In this document: positions 49,595 to 62,384 of the stretch, piece by piece
Position numbering within the stretch: the stretch's first letter is position 1
Layout of the letters: every line of letters begins with the position of its first letter
Origin: Mobula hypostoma
Lineage: Eukaryota
Direction: 5' to 3'
Length of the DNA: 64,000 nucleotides
Assembly (NCBI RefSeq): GCF_963921235.1
Contig: NC_086108.1
Span: 74,526,001 to 74,590,000 of the forward strand
The notes under the pieces: model-generated
The model's input: only the letters and a program-made list of their open reading frames with translations
Database searches by the model: none
Told to the model about the DNA's origin: nothing
Translations under genes and position numbers: made by a program

Positions 49595-50112
49595 CGAGGG
49601 GTGATTGATAAGTTTGTGGCCTAGGGCAGAACGGGTCAATTTTAGAAAACCTAGCACATTTATTTTTCCTACATTTACACACTTAATCCAGTGGTCATGG
49701 AGCATATGGAGCCCTTCTAAGTAAAAATCACTCAAAGAGTTGAACTGCACGTGCATGTAACAGGAGCGGTATAACTCATCTCCTTCTACCTTAGGCCATG
49801 AACTTATCAATCACCCCTGCTATGGACCACCTGGAGGTCCAAGACGCTCTCGTTACATACACGTGCAGTTCAACTCTTTGAGTGATAGTGCCAAAAGTTT
49901 GAAGTTAATAACTCATCTCCTTCTACCTTAGGTCACGAACTTATCAATCATCACTGCTGTGGACCACTTCTACAAAGAAGGGATCTGTATGCTCCACGAC
50001 CGCTGGACTAAGTGTGTACATGCAGGAGGGGAGTATGTTGAAAAATAAATGTGCTAGGTTTTCTAAAATTGATTCATTCTACCTTAGGCACGAACTTATC
50101 AATGACCCCTCG
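49595..50112. mobile_element. Mariner-derived palindromic MITE
   Basis: Ends CGAGGGGTGATTGATAAGTT ... AACTTATCAATGACCCCTCG|TA; mariner C-terminus FYKEGICMLHDRWTKCVHAGGEYVEK* near the right end and its mirror near the left end. Confidence 0.85.
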
Positions 50113-51274
50113 TACTTTGACATCTTTGAAATTTGTTCCCCCTCTGAAATCGTCCTTAAGAAAATGGTGACAAATCATATTCTTGGACCTCTTCTCTTTT
50201 GTTTTTGTCAAGCTTTAGCTAGAAAGCTCTAGACATTAGTTTTAATTGCAAAACCCCTAATACCTGGAATTAAGCTCTTCTGTTAACGTTTAAGCCATAG
50301 CTGTAATGATCATATATGCCAGTTAGAAAACCTACAATTTGCACTTCTTGGCATATTTTACTAAGAGAGCTAGAAATTTGCCTAGTATAATGATTTGATC
50401 TGTCTGAACACTATGCAGGACAAGCTTTTCACTGTATCTTCGTACATGTGACAATAATAAACCGATTCCAACTCTGATATAACCTCTGTTTCTACAATGG
50501 AAACAAATATGATTTCATAATCTTAGTGTGTTTGTAGTTTTCATTTTCACAATTGTTGAAGTGCAAGAAGGGTCTTCTTGGAATGGAGACTATGAGAACG
50601 AGAAATAAAATTACTGAAACCCTAGAACATTTCTGGATACATCAAGGTAGTATATTGATACTATTTTGGATACTTTTGAGTAAGGATGAATGTTCAATAT
50701 CTATAAACATACTGTGTTGGGTTACCAATATATTTCTAACTCCATTCTCTCCACTACTGATAGCTGGTCTCTTGTTACTCTAGAACTTTCCCTGGAAATT
50801 TTCTTTACATTCTTCCAGTTTATCATTTTCTTTCCTATTTTTAAAAATTTACTAAATTTTGTCTCTTTTTATTTGCACTCCATTTCAGTTTTCTTATTTG
50901 CTATATATCTTTAATCCATCCTCTAAAGCACCTCTATTTTTATGCAAGGTACTGTCACTTACGAATGTGTGCTTCTTCTCAGTCAATGGTGACAACAAAT
51001 CAGCCTGAAGTAATTTTTTCAAAAAGCAACATGAAACATAAAATGCTTTTCAAGTCTAGAAATTCCATTTTATTTTTACAGGTATTGCTCGCCCAAATTT
51101 TCCGGTGTCCCTTGAGTAGAATGAGATTGAGCACAAATTCAGATGAGTCATAAACTCATTAAATGATGGAGCAAGCTTAGAAGGATGAGTGCCATACTCC
51201 TGCTCCTAATTTGCAGGTGTGTGCAAACGTGGTGTGAATATAGTTTAAGTCAGCAAGTAAGAAGCCATAGGGAA

Positions 51275-51910
51275 ATTATTAGATTAGATTATGAGGACAC
51301 GCAGTCCTCTTTTATTGTTATTTAGTAATGCATGCATTAAGAAATGATACAATGTTTTTCCTGAATGATATCACAGAAACACATGACAAACCGACTTAAA
51401 AACTGACAAAAACCGCATAATTATAACATATAGTTACAACAGTGCAAAGCAATACCGTAATTTGATAAGAACAGACCATAGGCACGGTAAAAGTCTCAAA
51501 GTCTCTCGAAAGTCCCATTATCTCACACAGACGGTGAACCTCCAGCGCTGCAAACTTGCCGATGCAGCACCCTGGAAGCATCTGACCACAGTCCGATTCT
51601 GAGTTGGTCTGAAAACTCCGAGCCTCCGAACAGCTCTTCGACACCGAGCACCGAGCACCATCTCTGCCAAGTGCTTCAACCCCGACCCTGGCAACAGGCA
51701 ATAGGCAAAGCCGAGGATTTGGGGCCCTCCCCTCCGGAGATTCTCGATCGCACAGTAGCAGTGGCAGCGAAGCAGGCATTTCAGAAGTTTCTTCAGGTGT
51801 TCCTCTGTGCTTCTCACGGCTGTCTCCAACAAATCAAGATTGTGCATGGCCCCCTCGTTAACACATATCGATATCATTCGGAACGTCGTGCCGCCATCTC
51901 TCCTCCCTCT
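51275..51910 (-). mobile_element. Non-autonomous retroposon (~630 bp), copy 2
   Basis: Colinear with 11485..12100; (ATTAG)n tail. Confidence 0.72.
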
Positions 51911-52484
51911 TACGTAGGAAAATGTGAGGCTTTATAAGGAAGAACAGAAAAACAATATATTTTAAATGGGAAAGTTAATAAAGTTAATGAATGTGTACTG
52001 ATGAAATCAAGAAGTAAACAAACACTGCAGAAAGAGCGACAACTTAGGATGGCAAATGTTAACCTTCACTGCAAGAGTGTTGGAATGCTGAAATTGTTGA
52101 ATGGTTTTGGTGGGAACTTAACCGTGACACAAGGGTAAATGTATTTGCTTTGGAGGAGCTGCAGCATAGATTGATTCTTGAATAAGAGCACTGCCCTATA
52201 GGAACAGTTGGAGTGAGAATACCCTATAATCACTAGAACTTAGAAGACCCGAGAAACAGTCTCTTTTAAAATTTTGATATGGTTTGTGCAGAGAGGGAGT
52301 TTAATCTGGTTGTAGAATTTTGAACTAGGTCCTACCATTCAGGATAAGGGGCAGTCATTTAAGAGTGAAGATGAGGAGGGATTTCTTAATTTCAAGACTC
52401 GTGAATGTTTGGAAATCTTTACCGCAGCAGGATGTGATTCTTGGATACAGAGCAGTAGATTTTGAACTGAGAACAGGTGATTTC

Positions 52485-54710
52485 AAAGTAAAAGTTCGAA
52501 GTAAATTTATTATTAAAGTACATATATGTCACCATATACAAAACTCAGATTCATTTTCTTGCAGGCATCCACAGTAAATACACAAAACACAATAGAATCA
52601 ATTAAAGACTGCCCCCAACAGGATGGGCAACAATCAATGTGCAAAAGACAACAAACCCTGCAAGTACAAAGAGAAAATACTAATAATGAAAAAAAATATC
52701 AAGAACATGAGATGAAAAGTCCTTGAAAATGAGTCCATAGATTGTGGACACATTTCAGTGAGTGAAGTTATCCCCTCTAATTCAAGAGCCCTAATGGTTG
52801 AGGGGTAATAAGTGTTCCTGAACTTGGTGGCATGGATCCTGAGTCTCCTGTACCTTCTTCCTAATGGCAGTAGCGAGAAGAGATCATGCCCTGGATGGGG
52901 GGTCGTTGATGATGGATGCTGCTTTCCTGTGACAGCTCCCCATGTAGATGTGATCAATGGTGGGGAGGTCTTTTTCTGTGATGGACTAGGCTTTTGAAGG
53001 CTTTTTCGTTCAAGGGCATTGGTGTTTTCATATCAGGCTGTGATACAATCAGTCAATATACTCTCCACCACACATCTGTAGAAGTTTGACAAAATTTTAG
53101 CTGCTGAATCTTTGAAAAATGTCTAAGAAATTAGAGACACTGCTGTGTTTTCTTCATAAAGGCACTTATGTGCTGGGCCCACGACAGATCTTCTGAAATG
53201 ATAATACCAAAGAATTTAAAGTTGCTGATCTTCTCCACCTCTGACCCCACAATGAGAACTAGCTTCTGGACCTTTGGTTTCCTCCTTCTGGTGTCATGGT
53301 CCAGTCTGTGAAGTCTGGATTCTTGTTCATGGTCCGGTCCATCATTTCTTATTCCAGGTTTTCTGGTTTTCCCTTTTACTGTTGGGTGCTCTAATTGAGG
53401 CAGCTGATTCACATTTTGGGCTGGCTACATAAATAGCTCCTTGGTTCAGCTTCAGTTGCTGGATTGTTCCTGTCTGAACCCTCTCTCTGAATCCCTTCTC
53501 TGCCTCTTCCTCCTGAAGTCTTGCCCTGCAACCAGTGTCTGGAGCCTTGTGTCGCCTCGCCTTGCCTGGAGCCTTGCATCGCCTCACCTGGAGCCTTGCA
53601 TCACCTTGCCTCACCTGTAACCCTTGCCTGCAACCTTTGCCTGCACTGCTGTTAAGTTCAGCAGCCGGAGCAAGATAAGGAACTGTCTATCATTGTTTTG
53701 AACTGTCTCTGTGTCCATGCCTTCACGAGGTAGGTCCGGCCGTTTGCCGCTACCTAGTGTTGAGAACTGTCTCCGTGTTCTGTGTTCCTGTCTCCATCGA
53801 CCAAGGCTCTGCGTTCCTATGTCCCTCGACCAAGTTGAGGCTTCATGTTCTCGTCCTGTCCATGTGCCTCGTCCTGTTCTTGTGCGTCGTCCTGTACTAG
53901 AGTTCCCTCGTCTTGCCCAGGAGTCTCTCGTTCTGTCCTGTAGCTTCGCCTAGTCCTGTTTCCCAAGACCACCTCATGTCTTCGCCTAGTTCCGGAGTCC
54001 GAGGCTGAGTCAAGACCCAGGTTCTAGGTCCTTGTCCAGTCTCTGGCTCGGAGACTGAACCCACGCCTCATCATGTCGTCGCCTCAAGGAACCCACGCCT
54101 CGTTGTGTCCTCGCCTCAAGGAACCCATGTCCAGTCCTGTAGCCATGTCATGTCCTCGCCTAGTTCTGGGGCCTGAGCCTGAGTCAAGACCCAGGTTCTG
54201 GGTCCTTGTCCAGTCTCTGGCTCGGAGTCCAAGCCCAGGCTCCTAGTTCCCAGTTCGTAGTCCTGGTTCCGCTTGCCTAGCCTATGTCCTAGCCCAAGTC
54301 TGTGTTCTTGTCCCAGCTCCTAGTCTGCATCCAGTCACGTCCGTAACTCTAGTCCTGTCCTGTTCCTAGTACTTTAGTGTCTGTGTCTTGCATTTGGGTC
54401 GGCTCCCAGTGCACCCCCCTTATGACATCTGGAAGTTAATAATCAACTCCTAGGTCTAGCTGATAATGAGTGAGAGGTTGTTGTGGCACCACTCAGCCAG
54501 ATTTTTGAACTCCCTCCTATATGCTGATTCATCACCACTTTTGATTCAGCCGATGACAGTGGTGTCATCAGCAAATTTAAATATGGCATTGGAGTTGTGC
54601 TTAGCCACACAGTCTGAAGTGTAAAGTGAGTAGAGAAGGTGGTTAAGTACACAACCTCGTGCTGCATTTGTGCTGATGGAGATTGTGGAGGAGATGTTGT
54701 TGCCAATGTG
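52485..54710 (-). mobile_element. Rex/Babar LINE fragment, split by a solo LTR
   Basis: Minus-strand KFADDTTV-like, FKFFGIIISEDLSWAQH and HPGHDLFSLLPLGRRYR motifs; sequence is continuous across the LTR's TCTGG TSD. Confidence 0.85.
53292..54427. mobile_element. Solo LTR (1136 bp) of an LTR retrotransposon
   Basis: TGTCAT...ATGACA inverted termini; 5-bp TSD TCTGG at 53287-53291 and 54428-54432; internal tandem repeats. Confidence 0.9.
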
Positions 54711-54910
54711 AATGGACTATCATTTAGTATTCAAGATAAGCATGATTTTGAATAGCAGAGTAGATTTATGGAGCCAAATGACCTACTTGTACTTATGTTT
54801 TTAATGTATCTTCTGTAAGTTTAGTATGTGAGATAGAACCAAGAAGTTAATCGTGAAAAGACTTGGTGGACAAAATGGTGTAGGTGATTGATAAAACATG
54901 CACAAGTAAA

Positions 54911-55057
54911 GCAACACACACAAAATGCTGGAGGAACTCAGCAGGCCAGGCAACATCCACTTTTTTTCAATAGATGCTGCCTGGCCTGCTGAGTTCCTCT
55001 AGCATTTTGTGTGCGTTGCTTGGATTTCCAGCATCTGCGGATTTTCTCTTGTTTGTG
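54911..55057 (+). mobile_element. Penelope-type tail with inverted head (hairpin)
   Basis: ACACAAAATGCTGGAGGAACTCAGCAGGCCAGGCA / TGCCTGGCCTGCTGAGTTCCTCTAGCATTTTGTGT; imperfect flanking repeat ATGCACAAGTAAA / ATGCATAAATAAA. Confidence 0.7.
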
Positions 55058-55479
55058 ATGCATAAATAAATCCTGAATCAATCAAATATATGAAATTCTT
55101 TGGACAAGTGATGCAAAGCTATACCTATTTTATAACGCCAAGCTATTTCTTCACTAATCTCTGCCTGTAACTAGCCTGTATCCATCTATACATTTTCATC
55201 CAATTATCTATTCAAATTCCTTTTAAACATTGTAATTGTCTGCTTCCACTACCTCCTCTCAGCTCATACCAGATATTCACGACAATGCAAAAAAGCTTAG
55301 CCTTCAAATCTCCTTTAAAATTCTTCCATCTTATCTTAAACCTGTGCACTCTAGTTCTAGTTCACTGCATCCTGACTTCTTTTAATATTTCTATAAATTA
55401 ATCACATAATCCTCGTCGAAAAACATTATAAACATTTAAATCTCGTTGAGATTTGAACTTAGAAGTGGGGTCTCCATAT

Positions 55480-56004
55480 ATTCTGAATAAATTTTCTAAT
55501 ACTGTAGTCCTGAATAGAAGTCTGTCTTCTCTGTCAACAGTAGGGGCGCTCGAAGCCTGAGGGAGGACTGTAGGAAATTGTAATCATCAGGAAGGGGGCT
55601 GAGACTGAGTGGCAACTGATCCAAGTGGGTTACGTTGAAGAGCAGTTCAGGAATAAAACAGGAGCCCAAAGCTTTTGCAAACACTCTAAAGAAAGGGTCC
55701 GCATTCATCACACCAGCGGCGGGCTTCTTTGTGTTCGCTAAGGGATTGTTTTCTTTTCAGAGTGAAGCCTCTCCATTCATTCATTCCGCAGATTCAAAAG
55801 AGAACCATAAATTTGTTACTTTCAAAAGTTTCTTAATTTGCGAGTTCCATAACCAACACGCTCTCCTTTTGGGACGAACATTTTGTGTTTGAACAAATAT
55901 ACGAATTTAAGGAAAAGGCGGAAGATCCGACAGGAATAACGCAGGCGAGAGACTGAAGAAGTTATTTTAACATTTCGGCAGCGGATTTTACAACAATTTC
56001 ACAC
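55480..56004 (+). promoter_or_regulatory. Putative promoter/5'UTR of PLPP3
   Basis: Repeat-free, CpG-enriched relative to the window, ATG-free on +, directly upstream of the PLPP3 start codon. Confidence 0.55.
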
Positions 56005-56131
56005 ATGCAGAGCTACAAATACGACAAAGCAATGCCTGCCGACAACAGAAATGGTGGGACTTCAACTTTGAATAATAAGGACCACAAAAAAGTCATGTTA
56101 ATCTGCTTGGATCTCTTTTGCTTATTTCTTG
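56005..56131 (+). CDS. PLPP3: Phospholipid phosphatase 3 (PPAP2B/LPP3), first coding exon: MQSYKYDKAMPADNRNGGTSTLNNKDHKKVMLICLDLFCLFL
   Basis: Resembles the vertebrate PLPP3 N-terminus (MQNYKYDKAI..NGG...RVLLICLDLFCLF); ends in phase 1 at a consensus donor G|GTGAGT. No further exons recognised in the window. Confidence 0.92.
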
Positions 56132-59100
56132 GTGAGTACATTTAGAAGCCACTATATTGCTGGTAGTAATCCATGCTACGTTGTGTTTACACATTGTCAG
56201 GGGCAGGCAGTAGGTGTTGCCACTGTTCTTGAAATATTGCTGTAAATCAAATCAAAAGAATCTAGCTTTAATTCATCTTTGAAAAATGATGAATGGCTCA
56301 ATTTATTCTGTCTTTAGTAACAAGCTAAGCTAAAATGTCTCGTGGAAATAATCACAATTGACTAGAGTTAAATACATGCTTTTACACATTGGCTGAAACT
56401 TCACCAACAAATTATTGACTTCAGTGGAACTGTAAGTCAAAGTATTCTTGAAAGAGAAGGTATAATTTTAAGAACAATTTTGGTTGAAATAGTGTTTCCT
56501 CGCGAAGTGTGAGTGATGTGAATGGAGGAGTTTCTGCAAAGACCTGCTAATAGTATATTATCTGTGCCATGGTCCGACCCACGCAACGTTTAAACGCGAG
56601 TGGCCGCAAAAGCAGATGTGACCTCGTTTTATTGCATATTCATGCACCATATTTACGACTTGCGTAGATACGAGATGGGGGGAAAAGGTTAGATGGGAAT
56701 ACTCTTTAACCATTAATGTCCTCCCTGTCCCATTTAACCCTTTCGAAGTAGGACATCAGTTCATAAAGTAACATTAGCATTATTGCTTTTGCTTTTACGT
56801 GGATTACCTGTAGTTTAATGTGATCGTCAAACGATGGTAGGATTTTTCCAAGCTTTTAGTACAGCATGACATTACATTCTGCTGAGCTCTAATCATTTTG
56901 TTTAAGGAAAATTAGACATTTTATATGATTCTGGAACTTTTTTTGTGGGTTAAAGCAAGATTAGGACTCCAGTAAGGGGCCATGATGAAAATTTTAAGAT
57001 GAAATTTACCTGATAATATTTGGCTCTATAAACTGCCTGCGTCTGTTTCAAGCTCAGGAGAGAAAAATGATAGTACATTTGGCAATAACTATGCATCTTA
57101 CTCTGCAAATTGAGTCTCCAAGGAAACTTAGATATTAGGATTGCACAGTTTTTAGCAGATAGGCCTGTTAAAAATGTGTATCCATGTTTGAACTTCCAAA
57201 TGCAATGCATCATAGAATGTGCTGATAACTGCCAACACAAACTTTGGGATATGTCGCTACTTACCGCAAAGTCATCTCAGGGTGATAATGAATAAATAAA
57301 AATAAGCTGATGGTGTACAAATTTATATTCTGAAGTACGTTTTAATGAATAGCCATTCTGCTATGGATCTGGTGTAAATAACTTACACGAGCCGCAAACT
57401 CCTGTTGCATAGTGATGGGATTCCATTATAGTTCTAATCTAAACAGAGGCCTGGAGGGTACCATCACTAGTCTGTGTTTTGACAGTATTTGGAGACAATA
57501 TGTTTCATTACATGCAGAGATTGTAAAAAGCCCAGAGTTGTGTTTACTTTTGCAGACAGTAAGTCGAGGGAATGTAGGAGAATTAGTATTGGGTAATTTC
57601 CATTTCTACTAATACAATTATGATAAAGCCATGCACTGTAATTAAATAATAAAGCCAATGAAACTATGAAGGGTGAATTCTATTAAATGAAAATGTATTA
57701 GAAATTTGTTCATATGCATTGATCAAGAGCATGTGCAATTCACGATCATGAAAACACCACAGGATTTTTGTATGTGTCAATCAAATTTTTTTTTAAAAGT
57801 TGTTGCAGAACTAATTAAGCTGGTGCTTAATACATAAAATACTGGAGGAACTCAGGTCTGGTAGCATTTATGAAAAAGAGTAATTTCCAGCATCTGCAGA
57901 TTTTCTCTTGTTTGTAATTAACAATAACTTCTGATTTAAGAACCATAAACCTCTGTTTCTAAACTTCCCTTACTGAGGTGGCAGATACGATCAGTGACTA
58001 GAATAACATGTTTATTTACATGTTTTTGTATGGTGAAGTCCTTGTTCAAAACTAAAGAGAAGTAAGCATTTTAAATAATGTACCAATTAAAAGTTGTCTA
58101 TAACAGTTTTCTTGTTAGTTGGGGAGTGGTGAGTGATGTGTATTCACATGCACAGATAGAGGGAGAAATTTACAAGTGCACAAGTATATCTAGTATTTCT
58201 AATGTATTATATCATTTAGCTAAATGGCCCAGAACCAGCAAAGAATTTGTAATTCTGCTTGAAATGAACAGAATCTGCTTTTGTGAATATGTCAAAATAT
58301 TTTCTTTTTGCCTTTGTTTTGTTTGATGGCATGGAACATAATAGTTAATTTTGGAGTTCATTTTACATAGATGGAGCTAGAATCTTTTGTTTCTTAACAA
58401 TCGATGAAGTATATGATTTTTAATAAGCTGGCTTGATCATGATTGAAGGTGAAGCTTCTAACCACTACCACAGACAATCTTATTGGTAAAGTTATCGCCA
58501 AATGCTACAAATTTGTCTTTTGAGGAAGGATGGAATATTGAAAATAAGTGCTGCAAGTTACCCGCAGACCAACTGAAAGGTCCAGTATATCTTCCAAGCT
58601 ATTTAATAGTATTATGTAGCTGATTCCTAAAACTGTTAGGTATTGGGTTTTTAAGGAAGCTTTCTTTAATTTTTCTCCTGTTGAATTCCCATTGTGAAAA
58701 GCCCTGATGAGTATTTTTCAATAGTGTCCTTCTATGGAGTATCAGTCACTGAACAGATAGATAGTTGCCACATATTGTTTCAATTAAGGTGCTTAAATAG
58801 TCATTAAACAAATGTTATCAATCTCTACAAATAGCTTATTTAAAAAAAAAGCAATTATTCTGACAAACGCAATATCGGAAGTTGAAGACGTTTATTCAGA
58901 TGTTGACGTTGTACTTGTACAATATCTCAATATTAAACCACTGCACGTAAAGCTATTCCATCATTAGGGGTTTCAGACATGCATAATGGGAATTCCTTTC
59001 ACCAATCAATACAATGGCTTGATGCCATCAGACCCTTCAGAAGCAGAAACACATGGAAAATTGGTCTGATATTGAGTATGAGGCTGCTGGTAGCATACTT

Positions 59101-59459
59101 AAAAGAGTCAAGTTACACTCATTGAACAGAACGTCACATTAGCAGTAGAAAAGCTTTTCTATCTGTCACTTTTCCCAGTTTTATTGAAACATACAGCCTA
59201 TTCATAAGAAGAATTCAGTCAACTATTTTGAGAATTTAGAAGTTTTGGGAAAATATTATTGAAAAAGTAAACAAACTTCTTAACATCAATTTATCTGATG
59301 TGCCAACTGTACAGAACTAAGGATTAATCCAGGTCAGATTAACAAGAGCAGTTTTATTTTGGAGAAATACAAGTATGTTCATCTTAAGTAATAAATTCAA
59401 GAAAAAAATGTTTTTCTAAGCCAGTTATATTAGTAAAGATGACTCAAAATGGCAAGTGG

Positions 59460-60012
59460 CCTGGTGGCCAGTTCTTATCTCCATTCCTATTCTGACATTC
59501 GGTGGCCTCCTTCCTGCCATGATAAGGCCACTTTCAGGGTGGAGGAGCAAAATCTCATCTTCTGTGTAGTTAGTCTCCAATCTGATTGCAGGAATATTGA
59601 TTTCTCCTTCCAGTAATTTTTTTTCTTTCTTTTTTGTTTTCCTTTCCCCCTTCCCTCTTCTTCTATTCCTCATTCTGACCTTTTAACTCTTCTCCTCTCC
59701 TGCCTATCACCTTCCCTTGATGTCCGCTTTCTTTCTTTTCTCCCATATGGTCCACTCTCCTCTCCTATCAGATTCCTTCTTCTCCAGCCCTTTATCTTTC
59801 CCACTTACCCAGCTTCACCTGTCACCTTCCAGCTTGTCCTTCTCCCCCCACCTTTTTAAAAATTCTTGTGTCTTTCTTCTTCTTTTCCACTCCTGACGAA
59901 GGGTCTTGGCCTCTAATGTTGACTGTTTATTCGTGTCCATAGATGCTGCCTGACCTGCTGAGTTCCTCCAGTATTTTGAGTATGTGTGTGTGTTGCCCTG
60001 ATTTCCAGCATC
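59460..60012 (+). mobile_element. Penelope-like 3' end/pLTR
   Basis: Decayed LEEQNLIF..LQ..G.NIDF-like C-terminus, CT-rich tract, CTGACGAAGGGTCTTGGCC hammerhead-like remnant, GATGCTGCCTGACCTGCTGAGTTCCTCCAG tail. Confidence 0.75.
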
Positions 60013-61654
60013 AGAAGGGTAGTTATGGAAAGTATGATGATTAAAGAAGAGGAAGTACTGGCGCTTTTAAGGAATATAAAAGTCTCCGGGTCCGGACAGG
60101 GTATTCCATAGGACCTTGAGGGAAGTTAGTGTGGAAATAGCAGGGGCTCTGACAGAAATATTTCAAATGTCATTAGAAACTGGGATGGTGCCGGAGGACT
60201 GGCGTATTGCTCATGTTGTTCCATTGTTTAAAAAGGGTTCTAAGAGTAAACCTAGCAATTATCAGCCTGTGAGTTTGACGCCAGTGGTGGGTAAGTTGAT
60301 GGAAAGTATTCTTAGAGATGGTATATATAATTATCTGGATAGACAGGGTCTGATTAGGAACAGTCAACATGGATTTGTGTGTGGAAGGTCATCTTTGACA
60401 AATCTTATTGAATTTTTTGATGAGGTTACTAGGAAAGTTGACGAGGGTAAAGTGGTGGATGTTGTCTATATGGACTTCAGTAAGGCCTTTGACAAGGTTC
60501 CACACGGAAGGTTAGTTAGGAAGGTTCAATCGTTAGGCATTAATATCGAAGTCGTAAAATGGATTCAGCAGTGGCTGGATGGGAGAGGCCAGAGAGCAGT
60601 GGTGGATAACTGTGTGTCAGATTGGAGGACGGTGTCTTGTGATGTGCCTCAGGGATCTGTGCTTGTTCAATGTTGTTTGTCATATATATTAATGATCTGG
60701 ATGATGGGGTTGTAAATTGGATTAGTAAGTATGCAGGTGATACTAAGATAGGTGGAGTAGTGGATAATGAAGTAAGTTTTCAAAACTTGCAGAGAGATTT
60801 AGACCACTTAGAAGAGTGGGCTGAAAGATGGCAGATGGAGATGCTGATAAATGTGAGGTGCTACATTTTGGTAGGACTAATCAAAATAGGACATACATGG
60901 TAAATGGTAGGGCATTGAAAAATGTAGTAGAACAGAGGGATCTAGGAATAATGGTGCATAGTTCCCTGAAGGTGGAATCTCATGTGGATAGGGTGGTAAA
61001 GAAAAGCTTTTGGTGTGCTGGCCTTTATAAGTCAGAGCATTGAGTATAGGAGTTGGGATGTGATGTTGAAATTGTATAAGGCATTGGTAAGGCCAAATTT
61101 GGAGTATTGTGTACAGTTCTGGTCACTGAATCATAGGAAAGATGTCAATAAAATTGAGAGAGTACAGAGGAGGTTTACTAAAATGTTGCCTGGGTTTCAC
61201 CTCCCAAGTTACAGAGAAAGGTTGAACAAGTTAGGTCTTTATTCTTTGGAGCATAGAAGGTTGAGGGGAGACTTGATAGAGGTATTTAAAATTATGAAGG
61301 GGATAGATAGAGTTGACGTGGATAGGCTTTTTCCATTGAGAGTGGGGGAGATTCAAACAAGACGACATGATTTGAGAGTTAAAGGGCAAAAGTTTAGGGG
61401 TAACATGAGGGGGAACTTCTTTACTCAGAGAGTGGTAGCTATGTGGAATGAGCTTCCAGCAGAAGTGGTTGAGGCAGATTCGATGTTGTCATTTAAAGTT
61501 AAATTGGATAGAAATATGGACAGGAAAGGAATGGAGGGTTATGGGCTGAGTGCAGGTCGGTGGGACTAGGTGAGAGTAACTGAGTTTGGCACTGACTAGA
61601 AGGGCCGAGATAGCCTGTTTCCGTGCTGTAATTGTTATATGGTTATATGGTTAT
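60013..61654 (+). mobile_element. CR1 LINE, 5'-truncated, relatively intact RT region
   Basis: ORFs 60116..60715, 60670..60903 and 61015..61569 carry the CR1 RT motifs; (GGTTATAT)n tail; inserted into the Penelope tail, which resumes as ATCTGCAGAATCTC. Confidence 0.93.
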
Positions 61655-62384
61655 CTGCAGAATCTCGTGTTCAGAAATGTCAAATGCTTATTTTCTTTAT
61701 TAAGTACTTAGCTTCTTACTTTTTCACTAAATCATTAGCAAACATGATGTGCTTGCTACAAGTCTGATACTGATACCACATTGGACTGACTATAAATTAG
61801 TTTCTAATGTGAAAGCCCCTGAATATGTTAAGCAGTAAGGCTTTCCAGCTGTGGAATGCTTACAAGTAGTAACAACAAAAGTTGTACATATCACTTACTC
61901 TATTTATTAGTCTAATTTCACTGTAATTTGTTAGCAGAGGTGAAAATTGAGTAATAGAAGAGAGGTTTTATCACATTGCTGATGGTGCTTTATGGCAAGT
62001 TTTCTAGATGACTGAAATATTCCTACTGCCATAACTGCAGGTGGCAATGCTATTCTGTAATTGTTGCTTGGAAATAAAGTAACCTGGCTCAAGTCATTTC
62101 CTCAATGTCTTATTTACTTTTTTCCTTCAGCTTTCTCTTAAAAGCATTTGCTTGTGTGATTGCATTTTACTTTTTAACTTTCCTCAAGATGAAGTAATTT
62201 CTCAGAAATCCTCTACTGGAAATTTTATATAAGCAGATTTTAAATGCCCTTAAGTTAAACATATTTAAATATATTAAAGATTAGCCATTTCAATAACAGT
62301 AGATTCCAATAAGTGACGACTAACAAACTCATCTGGAAATTGACATGGAGAGTATAATGAGCGGATTTAGAACCAGTCAGGACA

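Noticed and set aside
50540..50940. Possible membrane-protein ORFs (50553..50783, 50690..50914)
   Set aside because: Hydrophobicity comes from T-rich sequence, probably the antisense of a very old L1 3' end; no convincing splice or coding signal.
53535..54240. CRISPR-like repeat array
   Set aside because: Irregular tandem repeats inside a solo LTR, with no constant repeat/unique spacer pattern; eukaryotic context.
60116..61569. Active reverse transcriptase gene or novel RT system
   Set aside because: Ordinary 5'-truncated CR1 with frameshifts and YAGD in place of the FADD catalytic motif.
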